This document shows positions 20,197 to 30,430 of a stretch of DNA of 64,000 nucleotides, in pieces. The DNA is from a virus (taxonomy: Duplodnaviria; Caudoviricetes). The position numbers were made by a program, and so were the translations under genes. Every line of letters begins with the position of its first letter. Within the stretch, counting starts at the first letter, position 1. The stretch spans positions 9,996 through 73,995 of IMG/VR virus record IMGVR_UViG_3300025631_000005. One strand, 5' to 3'. The notes under the pieces are model-generated. The model was not told the DNA's origin. It saw nothing but the letters and a program-made list of their open reading frames with translations, and ran no database searches.

Positions 20197-21483
20197 GTGT
20201 ATATTCCAGGCCCATTTGCCAGCGATAAAGTTGTCCCGGTCCCTTGCCGGTTCGTATGCTCCCGCTGTGGGGGGGATGCTAGATTTTACGCCGCAGCGGC
20301 GGCGAACCCTTGGGTATTCTGCCGTGATTGTCGGTGGGCAGGTCCGGCGGACCGGTACTTCGGCGGTAAAGACCCTGTCGACGAACTAGGCGTCTACAGC
20401 CCTGTCTCCGGGTCGGATTACGCCAAGCTATTGCGGCTGATCCGCACCCGATTCCATGCGGTTGTTTCTGACACGGAGCCGGTCAGCAGACTGGCTCCGT
20501 TTTTTGCCAAAGTCAGGAATGAGTTCGCGATCAAAACGTTTGGTCTGCCGGGCTACTGCGGCGGCGTCTACCGGATCGGCAAAGAGTTCAAGTTCCAGCA
20601 GAGGCAGTGCCCATCGAAAGACGGCGCTCCAACTCTGTGGTGCCAGTTCTTGTTCACGGACCGCATGTTCTACGAGGACTGGCCGGAGCTTTTTATTCTG
20701 CCGCCCTATGACGCCGTCCGGTTCTGGACCATCTACTACATGCAGGACCAGCCGGACATACCCCCTGTTACGGGGGTGAGCATGTTCAAAGAGCTGATCC
20801 AGCGGCATCGGCCCCTCGGGAAGCCTCATAAGAACAACATGTCGCGCCGCATCCTCATCAATCTGCCAAGTACCACCAAGGTCTACTTCGCTATTCCGAG
20901 ATCGTGGCGCGGACAAGACGTAGAACAGGATATAGCTAGGCTGGCGTCTGTGTTCTATGCCAAAATGACCTACTACGAGCCGAAAGACCTAGGATCAGCC
21001 GACTTTTTGTCGGAACTGCGACAGAACGCCTTCAAGCCATATCCTAGTCGCTACACGCCGTCGTCCGATCCGTCGTCGTTTTGCCTACAGCCGATGAATC
21101 CGTTTGACTACAATGGCCGCAGGATGATGTTTCTGGGCGACGGAACCTGTATTGAAGAGAGGGGTAACTGTTGGGTCGATGCGGACACAGGGGCTGTACT
21201 GACCAACTTTGTGGTTCATTTGAAAGAGCGAGTCTCCAGCAGCTGTTTTATCGTCTGCCTGAAGACATCGACCGGCAAAAGCACCATTTTCCGTATCCTC
21301 TGGAGCAACCTCTTTTACCCGACAACGCTTATACGGCGTATCATGCGGCTTTGTATGGGTATGGGCCATATACCTGCTGTGTCGTGCAGCTTGACCACCC
21401 TAATCACTATCATCGCGTCATGGAGTAAGCCAGTGTGGCCAGACCGACAGCGGACATCAGAGAACTCATCGCCAAACACGTAG
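20197..21483 (+). CDS. hypothetical protein with N-terminal Zn-binding motif
   Basis: CSRCGG...FCRDCRW; GTG start. Confidence 0.6.
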   Translation: MYIPGPFASDKVVPVPCRFVCSRCGGDARFYAAAAANPWVFCRDCRWAGPADRYFGGKDPVDELGVYSPVSGSDYAKLLRLIRTRFHAVVSDTEPVSRLAPFFAKVRNEFAIKTFGLPGYCGGVYRIGKEFKFQQRQCPSKDGAPTLWCQFLFTDRMFYEDWPELFILPPYDAVRFWTIYYMQDQPDIPPVTGVSMFKELIQRHRPLGKPHKNNMSRRILINLPSTTKVYFAIPRSWRGQDVEQDIARLASVFYAKMTYYEPKDLGSADFLSELRQNAFKPYPSRYTPSSDPSSFCLQPMNPFDYNGRRMMFLGDGTCIEERGNCWVDADTGAVLTNFVVHLKERVSSSCFIVCLKTSTGKSTIFRILWSNLFYPTTLIRRIMRLCMGMGHIPAVSCSLTTLITIIASWSKPVWPDRQRTSENSSPNT

Positions 21484-23174
21484 ATATCTGCAACAAGCAC
21501 GGCTCAGCGTTGCCCATACTGGACCTGCTGTTCCGCCTCAAAGGCAAGCCTTACAGTCTGCGCGACCATTTTGTCTTTTTCCCGCTGTACGATCTGCAGC
21601 AGCCGAGATCGACCGTCCTAATGTGCGGCAGGCAGGTCGGCAAGACGACGAATCTGGCTATCCAATCGGTCTTACTGGCCGCTACAAGGCCGTTTTCTAC
21701 GATCCTGTTCGTTTCACCCCTCGGAGAGCAGATTTCACGCTTCAGCACCATCTATCTCAGCGAGATTCTCAGGCAGTCCGTCATAGGCAAGATGCTCAAA
21801 GGACCTGGCACCGTTGACCGGGTTCTCCAAAAGGACTTCTCCAACAACTCCCACATTATTCTTAGCTATGCCACGGATGACCCTGACCGCGTCCGCAACA
21901 TTTCAGCCAGCCGTCTGGTTGTTGACGAGACTCAGGACATGCTGCTCGACGCGATCAGTGTCATCAAAGAGACGCTCAGCCATTCTGAGCAAGGTGGCCA
22001 GATTTTGTACGCTGGAACCCCAAAAACGGGGGATAATACTCTAACCCAGTTATGGCTGGAGAGTAGCCAGGCTGAATGGTTTGTGCCATGCACCCATTGC
22101 ACGACAGACGGCCATCCGACGTGGAATATACCGTCTCCAAAATGGCATCTAGAGGAGATGATAGGTCCTTATCACAATAAAATCTCCGAAGAGTACCCAG
22201 CCACCCTATGTTACAAGTGTAAACAGCCAATATCGCCGAGACTGGGCCGCTGGGTTCATCTCTACCCGGATCGGACGGACTATGCTGGCTATCACGTCCC
22301 GCAGCTCCTCCTGCCGCACCATTATGCCAACCCGGCCAACTGGAAGGAACTGCTGAAAAAACGCCTCAATTTGCCGCCGTACCTGTTCTATAATGAGGTC
22401 CTTGGCTGGCCATATGACCTGGCTGCCGCTATTATCACGCTGGAGGACCTACAAAGAACAGCCGTCATGCCACCGAGAACCGACCCGTCTGTTGTGGACA
22501 GAGCCAAGAAATACACGCTGCTGGTTATGGGCATAGACTGGGGCGGTGGCGGCGAGGAGGAGAAGAGCTTTACAACTCTGGCGCTGGCCGGCCTGTCCAA
22601 TGACGGCAAGATCGACGTCATTTGGGGCAGGCGGCTGCTCACGCCGCACGACCACATCAAAGAAGCGATAGATATTGCAACGCATTGTGTTGAGTTCAGC
22701 CCCCACTACATTGCCCATGACTACGCCGGTGGCGGGGCCATACGGGAGACGATTCTGGTGCAGGCGGGAATGGCAGAGAGCAGGCTCATACCCTACATGT
22801 ACGCCACGGCCAGCATGTCCGGCCTGTGCGTCCGGTCGGAGCCTTCTCCGCTTAGACCAAGGCCGTTTTACCTTCTCAACAAGGCCAGATCGCTGCAGAT
22901 ACTATGCACAGCTATCCGTCTTGGCCATATTAGGTTCTTCGCAGACGATTACGTCTCGGCAATAGAACCTGGGTTGTTGAGAGACTTTCTGTCGCTAAAA
23001 GAGGAGACGGCCAGCTCCTCCACACGTGAGGCTTATCGTATCACCAAGAAGAAGGGGAGTATTGACGACTTCGCCCAGGCGGTAAACTACGCCTGTTGCA
23101 CAATATGGCAAATGACTAGCTGGCCAGACATCGCAAAAATGCTTGTGACCAATAGCAAAGACAAAAACGAGTAG
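21435..23174 (+). CDS. terminase large subunit (GpA-like)
   Basis: CGRQVGKTT Walker A, LVVDETQD Walker B, Zn ribbon WFVPCTHC...CYKC, nuclease MGIDWG and DDFAQA. Confidence 0.9.
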   Translation: MARPTADIRELIAKHVDICNKHGSALPILDLLFRLKGKPYSLRDHFVFFPLYDLQQPRSTVLMCGRQVGKTTNLAIQSVLLAATRPFSTILFVSPLGEQISRFSTIYLSEILRQSVIGKMLKGPGTVDRVLQKDFSNNSHIILSYATDDPDRVRNISASRLVVDETQDMLLDAISVIKETLSHSEQGGQILYAGTPKTGDNTLTQLWLESSQAEWFVPCTHCTTDGHPTWNIPSPKWHLEEMIGPYHNKISEEYPATLCYKCKQPISPRLGRWVHLYPDRTDYAGYHVPQLLLPHHYANPANWKELLKKRLNLPPYLFYNEVLGWPYDLAAAIITLEDLQRTAVMPPRTDPSVVDRAKKYTLLVMGIDWGGGGEEEKSFTTLALAGLSNDGKIDVIWGRRLLTPHDHIKEAIDIATHCVEFSPHYIAHDYAGGGAIRETILVQAGMAESRLIPYMYATASMSGLCVRSEPSPLRPRPFYLLNKARSLQILCTAIRLGHIRFFADDYVSAIEPGLLRDFLSLKEETASSSTREAYRITKKKGSIDDFAQAVNYACCTIWQMTSWPDIAKMLVTNSKDKNE

Positions 23175-23211
23175 AATAGAGCTGTGGGCTTCGTCTATTG
23201 GAGAAATAGAT

Positions 23212-24366
23212 ATGATCGACCAGCGAATAGACACTACCGGCAAACTCGCCAAACAATTGTTTTTTGTGTTTGACGCCCCAGAGTACGTGAAAACTGCCAG
23301 TTTGGGCCAAATACATGGCAAAAACGCCAAGTGTGCGATGGATTACGCCGATCCAGTCCGTAAGCAGTTCCCGATCTGCAATCGAGCTGCTATCTGGACC
23401 TCGGCAGCTTACCTGTATGCGAGCCAAAAAGACCCGGATCCGGCTATAGAGGCGCGTATCAAGGAGGCTGCCGACCTCTTTGAGATCACCAGCGATATTG
23501 AGACGCTCAAGCAGTCCATCAAGAAGGCCAAAGAGGTCAAACAGACCTATGTCGATGACTGTTTCGCCGTGGTGCTGGACATCGGAGGCTTGAAAGTCCG
23601 CCGCTACCCCCTCAGAAGTGGGGCCGAGGTCAAAGCCGCCGCCGCTTATTTCGAGCGGTATCGCCATGAGCTATCGCCCTGGGTTATCCGCAGGGAATTC
23701 GCAAGACGGGTGCTGGAAAAAGCCGCCGAGTATAAGGTCGATATCAGCGAGCACCTACCCATTCTGCGTCGAAGCGCCGGCTTGGGCTGCTCTATGCCGA
23801 CCGAACTCGTCGGTCTGATCGTAGACAGAGCCTCCAAGCTGGGTAGACGCGACAAGGAGCTGTCGCATACCATGCTGAAGGCGGCGTCGATAATGGCGGA
23901 TCTCGGCGATGTGTCTATGGAGGCCCATGATGCGGTTATGGACCTTATCGACCTCGTCGACCAGAAACTCAAACTGGCGACGAAATACGCACAAATCGGA
24001 TTCCCGGAGGACGTCGTCTACTCCACCAGCAAAGAGGCGGTGGCGTCGCTCGCAAGCGACGTTGTGGTCAACTCGAAGACGGGCAGAATCTATAGCCTGT
24101 CCGACGTGTTGGCCGTGTCGCCGAAAACGCTGTCCAAGTATCTCGGAGCCGGCTTCGTCAAGTTAGCCCATGACCCCGACGCCGGACAACCGGAGGCGGA
24201 GCGGCTCACGAAAGCGCTGTCTCGGCTGTCAGACGGCGACGCCAGGGTGTTCGATGCGCTGATGAATAGGGCCGGGGTCAAACCTATGGCCGTTCGTCCG
24301 ACCAGCATTGGGCTTTCGCAAGATGAATTGGAGTCGTTAAGTCAATTTGCAACTGAACGAGTATGA
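23212..24366 (+). CDS. putative head morphogenesis/virion protein
   Basis: GGAG RBS; between terminase and portal; function from synteny. Confidence 0.55.
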   Translation: MIDQRIDTTGKLAKQLFFVFDAPEYVKTASLGQIHGKNAKCAMDYADPVRKQFPICNRAAIWTSAAYLYASQKDPDPAIEARIKEAADLFEITSDIETLKQSIKKAKEVKQTYVDDCFAVVLDIGGLKVRRYPLRSGAEVKAAAAYFERYRHELSPWVIRREFARRVLEKAAEYKVDISEHLPILRRSAGLGCSMPTELVGLIVDRASKLGRRDKELSHTMLKAASIMADLGDVSMEAHDAVMDLIDLVDQKLKLATKYAQIGFPEDVVYSTSKEAVASLASDVVVNSKTGRIYSLSDVLAVSPKTLSKYLGAGFVKLAHDPDAGQPEAERLTKALSRLSDGDARVFDALMNRAGVKPMAVRPTSIGLSQDELESLSQFATERV

Positions 24367-24692
24367 GCGATTTTAGTAATATTCTGCGAGGTCTATCCAA
24401 CGCTTTGTCAGCGGCTGCTGACAACTTGGAGGGCATGAAGTACTACCTCGTTATTGCCCGAGAAACAGGCAAGCCGGAAGTCATAGAGGCGCCGACGCAT
24501 GAAGAATGCGTCCAGCGTCTGAACGATATTGTTGCTACGTCAAGTGGGACCCCGTGTTATGTGTTTATGTTCGAAGGTCGAAGATGGAAGGTTTACCGCA
24601 ATCCGGCGAGGCTCGTCTCGCCGGACGGCACTGTCAAGGTTTTGGAAGTGTGTAGCAATGTTTCGCCAGATGATAACGAGGACTGTCTATAA
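24363..24692 (+). CDS. hypothetical protein
   Basis: Overlap-coupled to both neighbours. Confidence 0.6.
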   Translation: MSDFSNILRGLSNALSAAADNLEGMKYYLVIARETGKPEVIEAPTHEECVQRLNDIVATSSGTPCYVFMFEGRRWKVYRNPARLVSPDGTVKVLEVCSNVSPDDNEDCL

Positions 24693-25435
24693 TGCGTTTA
24701 GACACTACGTACTTGGAGACTTGGCCGAAGCAGATCGACGCATGGGATGTAGTCGTTCCAGACGTAGTACAGGGCGGGTTTATTGTCCCGTGGTCGGAAG
24801 ACGGTCAAGTGACTAAAGAGTATGCCAATGGCGCACGTCGCGTCGTTCTAGTTAATCCAGATACGGAGCCTTATATGTTCGACCCAACTACAGGGACTCG
24901 TTACAAGTTAGGTTCGTCGCCGAACTCTTCGCCAGCCGTTGCCCCTAAGACGACGGCGTCGTCGGTGACTGAGATAATGCAAAAAATCCTGGCACAGCCT
25001 GTTCCGTCCGTGGCGCCTGTTGTTCAGACGCCGGCTGCGACGGCGGCTTCGTCGAACCCTCCAACCTTGCTCGGCAGACAGGAAACGGCTCAGCTGCCGA
25101 TCCAGTCTCAGCCTGCTATGCCGGCGGCTGGGAGTAAGCTGAAGAACGAGCTCAAGTTGCTCCTTGTCCCTGGAAACTCTCCCATAGCTGTCAACGCCAG
25201 GTTCTGCGACATCAAGGTGCTGCAATCAGGCGCCGGCCGCTACATAGCGCTGATCAAGGTGAATGAGGCGTCCGAGGACTCTATAGAACTCGCGCCGCAG
25301 GCGGGTTTGACGTTGCTGGTGGGCTCCGACAGCCTTCGCAAGGTTTACAAGCTGGACATGAGCGAAGTCATTCCTTTGGAGATCGACCAGTACCAAGTGA
25401 AGCTGATGAGACTTATCGAGGAGTTCGATATATGA
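24692..25435 (+). CDS. hypothetical protein with Pro/Ala-rich linker
   Basis: TAATG coupling with upstream gene. Confidence 0.6.
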   Translation: MRLDTTYLETWPKQIDAWDVVVPDVVQGGFIVPWSEDGQVTKEYANGARRVVLVNPDTEPYMFDPTTGTRYKLGSSPNSSPAVAPKTTASSVTEIMQKILAQPVPSVAPVVQTPAATAASSNPPTLLGRQETAQLPIQSQPAMPAAGSKLKNELKLLLVPGNSPIAVNARFCDIKVLQSGAGRYIALIKVNEASEDSIELAPQAGLTLLVGSDSLRKVYKLDMSEVIPLEIDQYQVKLMRLIEEFDI

Positions 25436-25617
25436 GCGGTGGCATGGTGAAATACGGCGTCATTGCCAAAGGACTCACGAATCCAGAGTCGAAGCACGCA
25501 CAGTTAGATGACTGCGCTGCTCATCGGATCGTGAAAGAGGCGAGGCTGCGAACCAGCAATAAGAAACAAGCTAAGACAAAGCAAAGAAACCATGCTGACA
25601 CCGGACGGCGCTCTTGA
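25432..25617 (+). CDS. small hypothetical protein
   Basis: GAGGAG RBS, ATGA coupling. Confidence 0.5.
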   Translation: MSGGMVKYGVIAKGLTNPESKHAQLDDCAAHRIVKEARLRTSNKKQAKTKQRNHADTGRRS

Positions 25618-27553
25618 GCTATCGGATGCAAGTTATTATCGCAGACGGCTGGCGGATTTCGCGCCGCCCTGGGCCGGCTTCTCAGCGCATGTCATGCCTG
25701 AGACGATGTGGCACGCGCTGCGCCTGTGCGAGTATGTTGTCACAACACAGCCCGCCTACAAGTCGGCCATCGAAAGGGTCGTCTCTTACTTTATCACGAG
25801 AATCGAGATCACAGGGACGGACAGGAGCGGCCAGCTCAAATACAGGGAGCTCTTAGAAGACGTTTTGGGCGTGTATCAGTGGCTCAAGTCTATCGCCATT
25901 GACTATCTCGTCTACGGCAACAGCTTCATTAGCATCTTGCCCGCTTTCACGAAATACGCCCGTTGCAAATCGACCACAATCAACAAAGACGGCAAGAAAA
26001 TAGCCTGCTCCTTTGAGGCTCCACTTCTAAAGCTGCTAGATAAGCCTGACCTGTATAAGCCGGCGTGGCGCGAAGGTGAACTAAGGGCGTACTGCCCAAG
26101 ATGCGGCAAAACAGGCTACTGGGACATCATCTCCAGAGAGAACGTGTCTGGTGGAGGGGTGCATCTGAAACGATGGTCTCCGTATGAGATCGAAATAGAG
26201 TGGTCCCCATTCACACATGAGGTCAGGCATATTTGGCGGATTCCGCAGGATTTGAAGGATGCTATCAGGCGGCACGACCCGTTCGTTATCGCTACTACGC
26301 CGGATGAGGTCATCAAATCCGCAATGAAAGACCTCAATATCAGGCTATACCCGTCGGAAATCTTCCATCTCAAGGAGCCGGCGCTAGCAGGTCATCCGGT
26401 CCGTGGTTGGGGTCTCAGCCCTGTTTTGACGCACTTCCGTCAAATATGGCTTGTAAGCATGTTCCATCGCTACAACGAGGCTATAGCGATGGACTACATC
26501 ATGCCTTTGCGGCTGATCTGCCCGGAGCCGAAAACGAGCCAGTTCGCAGACCCGCTTTTTGCGTCTGACAGCTCGCAACTGGTCTGGCAACTGCGGACGG
26601 CGATACAGGCCCGGCGTTACGACCCGACCACCTGGGCGGTGTTCCCGTTCCCTGTCCGATACCAGTTTGTCGGCGGGGAAGGGCCGAATCTGGCTTCGAA
26701 GGAGCTTATGGAGTATCACAGGAGCGAGCTATTGGAGTCTATTGGGATTCCTGTCGAGCTCTACCGAGGCAACTTGGCGATCAATAACGCCCCTGTCGCA
26801 GTTCGGCTGTTCGAAACAAGCTGGAGCCATCTAACGTACCTGTTGAACCGGGCTATCCAGTGGATTGTGGATAAACTGTCGATCTACTACGGGCTGGATC
26901 GTGTGAGAGCGGAAATCTTGAAGCCGTCTGTGGTTGACGACATCAATAAGCAGTCGCTTCGGCTGCAGCTCATGCAGAGCGGTATGCTGTCGAAGGCTAC
27001 GGCGCTCAAAGAACTCGGCGTTGAAGACTACATGGCAGAGCTCCGGCAGGCGATCCGCGAAGAGCGGGATGTTGCAGAGCTTATGGAGGAGTCCAAGACG
27101 ATCCTCCAAAAAGGCCAGGCTATGCGGCAGCTTATGTCGATGCCTGTCGGGGCCACAGAAGAGGCGCAGGCGGGAGCAGCACCGCCAGAAATGGGGGGTA
27201 TGGGTATGCCGATGGCTGGTGGTCCGCCGCCCGCCGGCGCTGCCCCTGGAGCTCCTATGCCGGGCGGAGCAGCGCCTGCCCCAGGTGGGGGGTCTCCTGT
27301 TGACCAAGCTATGGCCCAGATATCGCTCCGCCAAAACAACCTCACTATGGACGAAATCGAGCAGACGGCGAGTACTTTGGCCGGGCAGTTGGCGTCCATG
27401 CCGTTGGATCAGCGGATTAGCGAGCTGAGAAAGCTGAGGGCGCAGAACAAGACCATTCATGCTAGGACCAAAGAGATGATCGCTGAGATGGAGCGACAGG
27501 CGCAATCGCAAGCTGTCCGGCAGATGAGACAAGGTGGAGCCCCGCCGCAATGA
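25592..27553 (+). CDS. probable portal protein with Zn-finger insertion and Pro/Gly-rich C-terminus
   Basis: Size and position after terminase; IAIDYLVYGNSF, IFHLKEP, GWGLSPV, portal-like; C-x2-C motif YCPRCG. Confidence 0.65.
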   Translation: MLTPDGALELSDASYYRRRLADFAPPWAGFSAHVMPETMWHALRLCEYVVTTQPAYKSAIERVVSYFITRIEITGTDRSGQLKYRELLEDVLGVYQWLKSIAIDYLVYGNSFISILPAFTKYARCKSTTINKDGKKIACSFEAPLLKLLDKPDLYKPAWREGELRAYCPRCGKTGYWDIISRENVSGGGVHLKRWSPYEIEIEWSPFTHEVRHIWRIPQDLKDAIRRHDPFVIATTPDEVIKSAMKDLNIRLYPSEIFHLKEPALAGHPVRGWGLSPVLTHFRQIWLVSMFHRYNEAIAMDYIMPLRLICPEPKTSQFADPLFASDSSQLVWQLRTAIQARRYDPTTWAVFPFPVRYQFVGGEGPNLASKELMEYHRSELLESIGIPVELYRGNLAINNAPVAVRLFETSWSHLTYLLNRAIQWIVDKLSIYYGLDRVRAEILKPSVVDDINKQSLRLQLMQSGMLSKATALKELGVEDYMAELRQAIREERDVAELMEESKTILQKGQAMRQLMSMPVGATEEAQAGAAPPEMGGMGMPMAGGPPPAGAAPGAPMPGGAAPAPGGGSPVDQAMAQISLRQNNLTMDEIEQTASTLAGQLASMPLDQRISELRKLRAQNKTIHARTKEMIAEMERQAQSQAVRQMRQGGAPPQ

Positions 27554-27948
27554 CAAAGTTTGAATCCGGATTCAAAAATCGGTTCGGTCATAAAGGATCC
27601 GTAATACGCATCCCTGGTATGCCATCTCTGGCAGAACAGTACGGCATCAAGATTCCGTCCAATTTCGGTAAGGAGTTCGTCAAGGTTCTTGAGAACCTAA
27701 AATCCGAGCAGATTAGCCAGTCTCAACAGTTTGCACAACAGGACGGAATACAGACGATCGACCCGTCGCAGCTAAAACCGGTATTTTTAGGCGACTTTGA
27801 TGACAAACCTGCTATCGACCAAACCACGCAAAACCAGCAAGACGAGCAGAACAGGCAAGAATCCGCGCAAGAACCTCAAAAAGGCGTCGGGTTCCTGGGA
27901 GAGCTCGCAAAGCTTGCGGCTAAGTCTAAACCGGCTGATTCTCGGTAG
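27550..27948 (+). CDS. hypothetical Gln-rich protein
   Basis: ATGA coupling with portal; begins with a palindrome copy (FESGFK). Confidence 0.5.
   Translation: MTKFESGFKNRFGHKGSVIRIPGMPSLAEQYGIKIPSNFGKEFVKVLENLKSEQISQSQQFAQQDGIQTIDPSQLKPVFLGDFDDKPAIDQTTQNQQDEQNRQESAQEPQKGVGFLGELAKLAAKSKPADSR
27558..27577. repeat. 20-bp palindrome copy 5 (G at position 1)
   Basis: GTTTGAATCCGGATTCAAAA just after portal stop. Confidence 0.9.
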
Positions 27949-30430
27949 CTTCTTCAAGTCAGCCCAACAGACGCAGCCAGCTTTGACGCCTGGTACGACT
28001 CAGCCGGCCAAGCAACCTGTTCCGCAGTCGGCTCCTGCGTCGTCTGCGACGATTGCACCTACACCAACTGCGCCTGCACCGACTACGCCCACACCAGCCT
28101 CTACACCGTCTGCGACGACAGGAACGCCCAACGCAGCCGGAGAAGTTGCCAAGCCGACTGAACCGGCGTCGGCTACGACGGAAGAAGAACAGCTTCTTAG
28201 CGAAATACCGTTAGCGACTCTGGAAAAGAGGCCGATATATGAGCTGGCCACTACTGAACGCAGTGTAGGGCCGGCAAAGACTCTGGCCGAATTGCAGGTC
28301 GGCGGAAGTAAGAAACTACTCCGAGAGAGGTTTAGCGGTCCTGGGGCCTTTGAACGAGCTAAGAAATTCGTCGAAGGCTCCAGAGAAAGGGCGCAGTCAT
28401 ATCTCAAGGACGTCGCGGAGTACCAGCAGAAAGCGTTCGGCGTCTCCTCATTCTGGCAAGGAGCCAGGTCCTGGTCGGACTATGTGTTCGGTATCAGTCG
28501 CGGCGGGCTTATAGGCGATACGGCTCTATCGCTATGGAACAACACATTTGGAAAACTCTATGGCGGCTTTGGTTCAGTCGACGATCTTGTCACCTATGCA
28601 AAAAAGGAGTACGAGGCGGCCCTAGAATACTCCAATTTGAGCAGCCACTGGGCCGCTGAAAACCTCTCAAGCCTGATGGGTGGCGAAGAGGGGCTCGAAC
28701 TCAGTTCAATCGAAGCAGCGCTCAGGACAATGGGTGGTTATGTCGCTTATTCGGCTGTACCGCCGACTTTAAGCTGGGCTGCGAAGGGTCTTGCAACCAC
28801 TGCAAGCAAGGCTCTACAGGTGTCAGCCGGTAAAGCAGCTACTCTGGCCGCTGGCGCTGCTAGAGCCGCTAATGTTGTAGCGCTGGTGCCGTTCCTTATC
28901 TCGATGGGCGTACCTGTTTTCAGCTATATATCGAACAAATACTTCACCGACACAGAGGGTCTAACTCTCAGAAATACTGTGCTGCATTTAAGTTCGTGGC
29001 CAATTGCCAGGTCGGCTGTTTTCTCTTCTGTAGAGGAGGCAAGTCAGCTTGCGAAGCTCCATCAGGACCTGACGAAAAAGTACGGAAACTCTTCACCATT
29101 CACCGTCGCCAAACAATACAACGCTGCGCTGAGCGCTATGAGGGCTAACCCTAATGACCAGCGGCTGAAAGAGCAAGTCAGTACCACGTTCAGAGATTTA
29201 GAGCAGGCTATCAATACAGTAGCAGCTATCAGCCTCGGCACGACGCCTCAAGGCATCATAAAACTCAACGAACTCAAAAGCAAAAACAAAGAAGCCGGTA
29301 GGCTGTTGGAAGCATATACCAAGCTGCGGGAAAAAATGTACGACGAGGTGCTCAAGGCGACGAGCAGCGCCGATCCGTACGGGTTGGTCAAAATGGAAGC
29401 CACTGACGTCTATGCCGTTACGATGTCTTGCCCGCTTCTGGCTCATGGATTTGTCGGCTCCAGCTGGGATAAAGCCTTGGCTGACAGGATAAACGCCGAG
29501 TATAAGAAAACACAAGAGATCGACAAGCAATGGCTCAGCCGGATTGTCGGGCAGAAAAAGGCGGACGAGTTAGTGAACCAGCTCTACAAGCCGGAAAACA
29601 GAATAATGGCGCTTAGCGTGCATACGAACTTGGCGGAGGCCGAAGCGGCGACGACGTCGATGCTGTTGGAGTATGCTGATGCTCTTGAAAAGCATCCAGA
29701 AGCGGTTGATGCCGCGATAAGGGATATGGAGAGTAGCGGCCAGCAGTCCGCCGAGAAAGTGCGGAAGACTATGCAGGACATCAGGAGAACGATGTATTAC
29801 GCCGTAACTGGCAGAGATATATATGATCCGCTCGTCGACGTCCAGCCTAATAAAAAGGAGGCGTGGAATAAGTCTGTAGAGAGCCTCCCGGCTATGGTAA
29901 CCTATCTGCTCGCCTGCATGATTTACCACAATCGTCGCCAGGCCCTAATATCGCAAGGCAAAAAACCGACTATTCAGGGCATGAAACAGGCTATTTTGGA
30001 GCATTCCAAGACTGTAGGGCAGCAGGTCAAATCGAGTCTTAACATAGCTGAGGCCAATCCGAACGAGCTGCCTGCCAGCATGGCTGGGGTGTTGTCTCAG
30101 TTCATCGGCTCCAAGTATCTTTACAATACGGTATCGGAGTTAAGCAAAACAACCATAACTGCGTTGAAAGGCGCTAAAACGATAGCTGCTGGTGGCAATG
30201 CCGTCAAAACAGCCAAGATATTAGGGGCGCTGAGCAAAACGGCTGATGCTCTAAGAATACCCAGATGGCTTAGAAAAAGTAGCCCTATAATCCTGATGAT
30301 GGCGATTGTTATGAATGAAGGTCATATTTATTCCTTGCTTCCTGAGAAGTTACGTTCGTGGCTCACTCTACAGATCGGGGGGAACTCGCTGCTTGACACA
30401 CTAGCGCCGAAGAAGGAAAAAGCAAAATGA
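27914..30430 (+). CDS. large putative virion protein (internal head or tape-measure-like)
   Basis: ORF track 27797-30430; in-frame TTG 27914 follows GGGAGAG; Pro/Thr-rich N-terminus, helical body. Confidence 0.55.
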   Translation: MRLSLNRLILGSFFKSAQQTQPALTPGTTQPAKQPVPQSAPASSATIAPTPTAPAPTTPTPASTPSATTGTPNAAGEVAKPTEPASATTEEEQLLSEIPLATLEKRPIYELATTERSVGPAKTLAELQVGGSKKLLRERFSGPGAFERAKKFVEGSRERAQSYLKDVAEYQQKAFGVSSFWQGARSWSDYVFGISRGGLIGDTALSLWNNTFGKLYGGFGSVDDLVTYAKKEYEAALEYSNLSSHWAAENLSSLMGGEEGLELSSIEAALRTMGGYVAYSAVPPTLSWAAKGLATTASKALQVSAGKAATLAAGAARAANVVALVPFLISMGVPVFSYISNKYFTDTEGLTLRNTVLHLSSWPIARSAVFSSVEEASQLAKLHQDLTKKYGNSSPFTVAKQYNAALSAMRANPNDQRLKEQVSTTFRDLEQAINTVAAISLGTTPQGIIKLNELKSKNKEAGRLLEAYTKLREKMYDEVLKATSSADPYGLVKMEATDVYAVTMSCPLLAHGFVGSSWDKALADRINAEYKKTQEIDKQWLSRIVGQKKADELVNQLYKPENRIMALSVHTNLAEAEAATTSMLLEYADALEKHPEAVDAAIRDMESSGQQSAEKVRKTMQDIRRTMYYAVTGRDIYDPLVDVQPNKKEAWNKSVESLPAMVTYLLACMIYHNRRQALISQGKKPTIQGMKQAILEHSKTVGQQVKSSLNIAEANPNELPASMAGVLSQFIGSKYLYNTVSELSKTTITALKGAKTIAAGGNAVKTAKILGALSKTADALRIPRWLRKSSPIILMMAIVMNEGHIYSLLPEKLRSWLTLQIGGNSLLDTLAPKKEKAK

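Noticed and set aside
25470-25485. GAATCCAGAGTC and other partial matches (1628, 32114, 38200) as extra palindrome copies
   Set aside because: Lack the T4/A4 arms and have several mismatches
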